Origin: Eledone cirrhosa
Taxonomy: Eukaryota
NCBI GenBank assembly: GCA_964016885.1
Contig: OZ024742.1
Location: 99,262,001 to 99,326,000, forward strand
Direction of reading: 5' to 3'
DNA length: 64,000 bases
The translations under genes were made by a program, and so were the position numbers. Positions 57,083-64,000 of the stretch are shown piece by piece. The notes beneath the pieces are model-generated. The model was not told the DNA's origin. It was given only the letters and a program-made list of their open reading frames with translations, and made no database searches. The stretch's first letter is position 1; every line of letters starts with the position of its first letter.

Positions 57083-58349
57083 TTCATGTTTTCTATTTAA
57101 TTTTGGTTGGAGTTCATTTATGTTTATTGCCTCTGTGATTTGTCTAAACATTGCGTCTTTTCTGTGTGTAGATTCTATTTTTATTTCTATGTTCTCTAAT
57201 TTACCCTTATGTTCTATTTTAGCATGTTGGTAGAGTACAGATGATTTTTTTTACTATCTTGAAGGTCTCGCCAGTGTTCATTTATCCGTTCCCCTATACT
57301 ACGAGCTGTCTCACCTATTTACACTATACTCTTATCTCTACATTGTCCTTCAGTTCATCTTATGCTATATACTACATTTCTAGTTTTACAGTTAATGTGG
57401 GTGCTTAATTTACAGATTATACGTTTCTTATCTATACAAGGAGGTCTTTGAAAAGAGTATGTATTGCTAATAATACAAATTTAGAAGGGCTCTAGATAAA
57501 CATAAACTCAATATTAAGATATTAGAAAGACCAGGTACCCCATAAAAACACTTATTTGCAATACATAATCTTTTCAAAGACCTTCTTGTATAGATAAGAA
57601 ATGTATAATCTGTAAATTAAGCACCCACATTAACTGTAAAACTAGAAATGTAGTATATAGCATAAGATTAACTGAAGGACAATGTAGAGATAAGAGTATA
57701 GTGTACATAGGTGAGACAGCTCGTAGTATAGGGGAACGGATAAATGAACACTGGCGAGACCTTCAAGATAGTAAAGAATCATCTGTACTCTACCAACATT
57801 CTAAAATAGAACATAAGGGTAAATTAGAGAACATAGAAATAAAAATAGAATCTACACACAGAAAAGACGCAATGTTTAGACAAATCACATAATCAATAAA
57901 CATAAATGAAGTCCAACCAAAATTAAATAGAAAACATGAATGAGACAGCAACATCACAACTTATAATTAAGGACAAAATGAAAACACACACGCACATAGA
58001 ACAAACAACCAACCAGTAACCTGTAAATAAATAAACAAATATAAACACACACAGACACCCGGATGTAACACATGCGCAAACTAAGCACACAACACACACA
58101 AAAACAAGATGGCGTAGGACAGAACAAAGGAGAGGCACAAAAACAAAGAAAAGAATCCCCAGTCACTGAAGAGGTCACATAATGTGTGACGAAAGAACTT
58201 TGACAATATATAAACAATCATCTGGTTGTGGAACCAGCCAACCAACCGGAAATTTATAAATTCCTGAATTTATAAATTTATTATAATAAATTGAAGTGAA
58301 AAAAGTGGTGCGTGTGTTTCTTTTTGGCAACATGACCCTCCCAAAGTAT

Positions 58350-58356
<7 letters not shown>
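57083..58356 (+). mobile_element. PLE family D: GIY-YIG, 3' UTR and HHR, preceded by a ~385-bp inverted duplication
   Basis: IKILERPG...CIICK...CKTRNVVYSI...YIGETARSIGERINEH...LYQHSKIEH...RQIT...PKLNRKHE. 57083-57467 is the reverse complement of 57559-57940. Confidence 0.9.
58162..58204 (+). ncRNA. Minimal type I hammerhead
   Basis: GTCA CTGAAGA g-GTCACAT-AAT-GTGTGAC GAAA GAAC TT TGAC. Confidence 0.8.
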
Positions 58357-58408
<52 letters not shown>

Positions 58409-58420
58409 TATATATATATA

Positions 58421-58610
58421 TATTAAAATAACAGATTAAAGTTTAAGCAAAGAATCGCTGGTTTCACCCTGCGATTCTTTGCTTAAACTTTAATCTGTTA
58501 TTTTAATAAATATTTGCTCTATGGTTTTATATATTTCCTTATATATATTATCCTTATCGAGCCCTCTTCGGATTCCACTCTTCACATTTATTATTATTTC
58601 TATTACTACT
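58421..58610. repeat. Fold-back solo terminus of Naiad family A
   Basis: Perfect 38-bp arms at 58421-58458 and 58471-58508, matching 25038-25075. Tail 58553-58600 is related to 23521-23567 (inverted). Confidence 0.85.
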
Positions 58611-58685
<75 letters not shown>

Positions 58686-59069
58686 TGGATGTATGTATAA
58701 ATAGACGCGTATATGTTATCAATGAGACAGAAATAGAGAGTGTGAGAGGGAAGGAGGGTGATATATATGTATATACAGAGGGAGAGAGAGAGTGAGAGAC
58801 AGGCATACGGAGAGAGAGGGGGTACATGCGTGCGCACACATGTTTGTGTGTGCATAATCTGGAATATAGTTACTGAGGAATAATCTTGAAAGAAATCTTT
58901 AGGGAGCAATATTGATGTAATGAGGGAAGGTTAGGGATTTCGAATCTCCTCAAAAACAAAGTCAGGAACTTTATATCGATGCTGCCCAGTACAAATGAAA
59001 TTATAGAAATTAAATATTTCTGTCTATCTTTCTATCTCTTGCGCCATCAATTTATAGATACGTGCGCAA

Positions 59070-59690
<621 letters not shown>

Positions 59691-60186
59691 TGTGTTTATA
59701 ATGGATGTATGTGCATATACATATGGCTATGTATGTCTGTGTGTGATATTATAATATAGTGGAAGAAATAAAATTAATATAAAACATGAAATATGATATA
59801 CGTGTTATATGATATATATGATATACACGCTTTATCTGTTATATCTGCTGTACGGTATAGTATCATATAATACGCTTCGTTTGTTCAATGTAAGAATGCA
59901 AAGCCTACTGGGTGGAATAAAACACGAAAATATATAATCACCAGGTGGCGCCCCCCATTCAAACATTATCGGGTTATATCATGACGGATTCAATGAAATT
60001 TCATGGAATTAGCCACGAAAGCAACACTCAAAGGTGAAATAAACTACTAAACAGAGGAGATAGGTAGGTGCATGTTATTGTAATGGAAGCCCAACTGTTC
60101 CTACATTTCTGCTACGTCCGGGCTTTACAATAAGTGAGTAATCATATCCACTGGCATCTTCTCCATCCACCTCCTCAAACATTTAA

Positions 60187-60191
60187 CGTCG

Positions 60192-60226
<35 letters not shown>

Positions 60227-60245
60227 GTCATCATCATCATCATCA

Positions 60246-60286
<41 letters not shown>

Positions 60287-60410
60287 AGCGTTGTTGTCAT
60301 CGTCGACATCGTCATCTTCATCGTTATCATTATCATCATCACCACCATCATCCTCTTCACCGCCACCACCAGCAGCAGCATTACTATCATCATCATCTTC
60401 GTCTTCACAA
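60187..60410. repeat. (ATC)/(GTC) microsatellite; a degenerate continuation runs ~60670-61000
   Basis: Read directly from the sequence. Confidence 0.9.
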
Positions 60411-60448
60411 ACACTAATTACTATCAATATTGTTGCTATTATTATTTC

Positions 60449-60670
60449 GGTGGATTGGCAGTATCGGTAGAGGGTCGGACGCCATGCTTTGCAGCATAGA
60501 GTTACGGCCCTTTATGATCTGAGTTCAAATCCCGCCGATGTTAACTTTGCCTTTCATCCTTACGGGGTCGATAAAATAAAGTACCAGTCACGCACTGGTG
60601 TCGATTTAATCGACTTCCCCCACCTTCCCCCAAATTACTGGCCTTGTACCTAAATAAGAAACCATTATTA
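60449..60670 (+). mobile_element. SINE family 1, full length
   Basis: GGTGGATTGGCAGTATCGGTAGAG...GAGTTCAAATCCCGCCG...GGCCTTGTACCTAAATAAGAAACCATTA. Confidence 0.92.
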
Positions 60671-61152
60671 TGATAATCATCATCATCAACATCTCCATCA
60701 TCACCACTATCCACAACACCATAACCAACCTCTCCGTCATCAAGAGGAACAGTATCAAAACCTCTATCGTCAACCTCACAACCGTCCATAACGTCAAAGC
60801 TACCACTATCATCATTACAACGGGCAATACAAAAACCACCACCATCATCATAGCCAACAACAAGCGCAAGGTCCATCGTCATCACTAATAACAAAATCAC
60901 AACCACCACCACCACGACCATTATCACAACCGCCATCACCATCATCACCACCAATAAGAACATCAACACACTCATTATCTTCATCATCGTCACATTCAAT
61001 GCCACATCTATTTTAACACAAACCCTCCTCCAACTACAAGTATCTGCTACATATACATCACAACTGTAATCTACGTTTGTTGTTTATTTCCTTGAAATTC
61101 AAATTTTATATCTGGATTTTTTCGTTAATTCAAACTCACGTTATACACACGC

Positions 61153-61195
<43 letters not shown>

Positions 61196-61196
<1 letters not shown>

Positions 61197-64000
61197 TAGC
61201 AGTTTAGATCGGCGTTGCTCGGGTTTGTTCATTTGCTATGAAAAGTTACAAACAGGTAAACGTAGCTTGAAAGCGCATAAGCTTATCAATTAAGTGCATA
61301 AAGCAGTTGAACCGGTTATTAATAATTACGAACCAATTAGCATTTTGGACAATCTTCCAATAGCGAATTTAGTAGACCAAAGTTGCAAGATGGTGGCCCT
61401 GATGCTGCTGGGTGTCAGATCTGTCCGCTAAGTGTGACCCTACCAGTTTTCCAGACGGCATAGCTCCAACACCTGCACCAATATCTATAGCACCTCTTTG
61501 TAGACGATATTGCGTGTCATCCCTTGGAGGAGTGTAAGCAAAAACTTCATTCCTGCTCCCTACGCGGGAACAGGCATCATAAAGTTGGCCATGGGAGAAG
61601 CATGGCTCCCCCAAATGGATGCTCTCCACCCACAATGTTTGCCCATGTGACTTGTCAATGGAATTGGAAAAACATGGTCTCACCGGAAATTGGGATCGCC
61701 GGAAATCGAACGGGATATCTGACGCCGAGGGGGAAAAGTTCATCCTTGGAATGAAAACATTCTCCCCTCTGCCGCACCCCATTACAATGGTGGCCTCAAT
61801 CAAGTGGGGCGTCGGTGACTTGACGACCATGCGAGTACCGTTGCACTGCTTTGGTGGACGCAAGTTCCTTATTATCATAATGGGACAGCCAACCCTAATC
61901 TTAAGAATTTGAGGTGGGAGCCCTGGGGGCTCAAGGGAATTTAATAACTCAACCGGATAATTAACGATATCGTCGGGGTCTGACGTCCGGTCGATAGATT
62001 TGAAGATGTGTTCTTTACCGGGAATTTTCTCAATCAGCTGCTCGTTAATAAAATTAACCATGGTATTTTTCGAAGCGATGATGGCTCTTTCGCTGAGCCA
62101 ATCAAGGTTTTTAAAGTTAGATGAGATATTAGGAAAAACTGCTTTCCAAAGGTCAGAAGGGCTGCTCACAATGTTGCACAGGGAGTCGATTGCTATGCCG
62201 CCCTTGTCATCTGCAGGGACCTTGCCCTCACCAAGTGCTAAAATATTCTGAGCAAATGCTGCAGACATGTTGTCACCATGCAAATGAGCACGCATATTTG
62301 TGCTCAGGTACAAACTCTTCACCAGGAGCCACAACATGGACGGCTTAAGACAGGCACGCACTTCATCAGCTCTTGTCCCTTTGGGGATGACAGGCAGCGT
62401 TTGCCGAAAATCCCCTGATAGCAGAAGGGTTACGCCACCCATAGGAGCCGTAAAATTCCTAATGTCTTTCAGGGTCCTGTCCAATGCCTCAACGGCACCC
62501 TCGTGTGCCATTGTGCACTCATCCCAAACAATGAGGCAACATTTTTGAGAACCAGAGCTTCGTGTAAACTCTTGCTGATATTGCATGTTGGTGTCTCAGC
62601 TTTTACCAAATCCAAGAGGAGTTTAAATGTCGAATGTGCTGTCCTGCCTCCCGGCAGCAAAGTAGCAGCGATCCCGGACGATGCAACGGCCAGCGCAATT
62701 TTTTTCTCCTGAAGAATTTTAGCGAGAATCAATTTCGTTACATAAGTTTTTCCGGTACCCCAGGAGCATCGAGAAAGTAAATACCCCCAGTCTGATTTTG
62801 AACCGCATCAATGATAGTTAAATAGGCCAACCTTTGGTCCGACAGAAGTTTGGGTTCATCTTCCTCTAAGTATTGGGAAAGAGATTCGATGTCATATTCT
62901 GTTTCCCGCAACAAATCCGGGGCCAACGAGTTAGCTTCCTCTCTGACGGTTGACGGCAAGCCATACGTCGTCAACTCACTCCCACCCATGCCGAGGAGGG
63001 CGTCCTCGATATCAATGAGTGCCCTGTTGTAGATAATGTCGCTGTAACCAACTTCCACTGAAGTATACTGCAGATGAGCCAGGCGCAGGAAGTCCTCAGA
63101 CATGAAGTCTCTGTACTTGACCCATAAAGATTTGGGATCACCCAATTCACACTTTTGAAGCAAAATAGCAAAGAGTTCCCTTAGATCTTTAGGTGATTTC
63201 AACAAAGCACCCTCTGCTAAAGTGGAATCCCATTGCGAATCATCTTCCAAAAGACCACGCTTAAAGCAGGCTTCCCGGTACGTATCACATATTTCTTCAT
63301 CAACAGTTTTGATGTCCTGAAAACTTTGTGGGCCTACAACTTCGTGCAGAAGAAGGCAGAGATGAAAGCACTCATGCTGACTTGGGGACACAGTGAAAAC
63401 CCTTCCAAGACAGCTGTCAAATTTTACACCAGGATGTCTTTCACCAGCCTGACCTGAATTTCTTCGCACCCAAGTGTTTTTCGACCATATAAAGTAGGAT
63501 GGAACCTGGGAGTACACAATTGTTTGCGCAAATGTATCGAACTGGAAAAGTTTGAAGAAACCCGTCAGAGTGGTCTATTTCGGATCGGCGGCCAACTTCG
63601 CGGCGGGTTGGTCCGTAAAGTAAACCCTTTGCCCATTTACCACATGTACCGCAAGCTGTACGATGGTGGGGTGACGTTGGTGTAGGGATAAACCAAATAG
63701 GCGCCAAAAAGCTTCATTGCTACTGATGTACCGCCCCGCCAGGTATTCTGTGACCTCGTCCCTGCTATTTTCAGCTTGAAATGCGAACATTGCGGCATCA
63801 GAACCCTTATTTACATATTTGCATATATATTTTATCGACTTAACGGAGTTGCAAAACTCAACGTTGATGTGGGCGTTGAACATCTCCAAGAGAAGCGGGC
63901 AGTAAGGGACCACCCATCTATTGTCGACTTGACCTCCCCTTACTGTTGTGGTGAAGCCACCGTTCTCGGACCGTCTCCGCCTGTACAGGGGGTACCCGTC
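61196..64000 (-). mobile_element. Helitron: frameshifted RepHel (end of Rep domain plus PIF1-like SF1 helicase) and 3' terminus; runs off the window
   Basis: VVPYCP..FNAHINVEFCNSVKSIKYICKYVNKGSD; FLDAPG (Walker A, frameshifted); AVASSGIAATLLPGGRTAHSTFK; WDECTM; GDFRQTLPV; CNGTR; KSHGQTL; FSHGQLY..CSRV. 3' hairpin CCGAGCAACGCCG, then CTAG|T at 61196. Confidence 0.96.

Noticed and set aside
60449-60540. tRNA genes (also 33810-33890 and other heads)
   Set aside because: The A and B boxes belong to multi-copy SINE heads with attached core and tail, and no full cloverleaf is present.
61369-62586. Host PIF1 helicase gene
   Set aside because: Intronless, frameshifted, fused to Helitron Rep motifs and followed by a Helitron 3' terminus.

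Overview
AT-rich, repeat-saturated animal DNA with no recognisable host exon. The SINE and microsatellite make-up looks like an octopus or other cephalopod genome (inference). Most ORFs in the track are artefacts of (TA)n, (CA)n and triplet microsatellites. The real coding remnants are all transposon-derived: several Penelope-like elements (PLEs) of Naiad, Neptune and a third GIY-YIG type, an internally deleted mariner, a frameshifted Helitron RepHel, a hAT fragment and RTE-like deletion derivatives. tRNA-derived SINEs are also common. The main unannotated signal is a dense set of hammerhead ribozyme (HHR) motifs: more than 20 intact, variant or partial copies in roughly ten sequence families, read by eye. 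Some cap the 3' ends of PLEs. Others sit in non-coding units of about 315, 415 and 500 nt with tandem or terminal redundancy, resembling retrozymes. Many insertions are fold-back palindromes next to (TA)n, and several pivot inside the ribozyme itself. All structures were read manually and need covariance-model and experimental confirmation.
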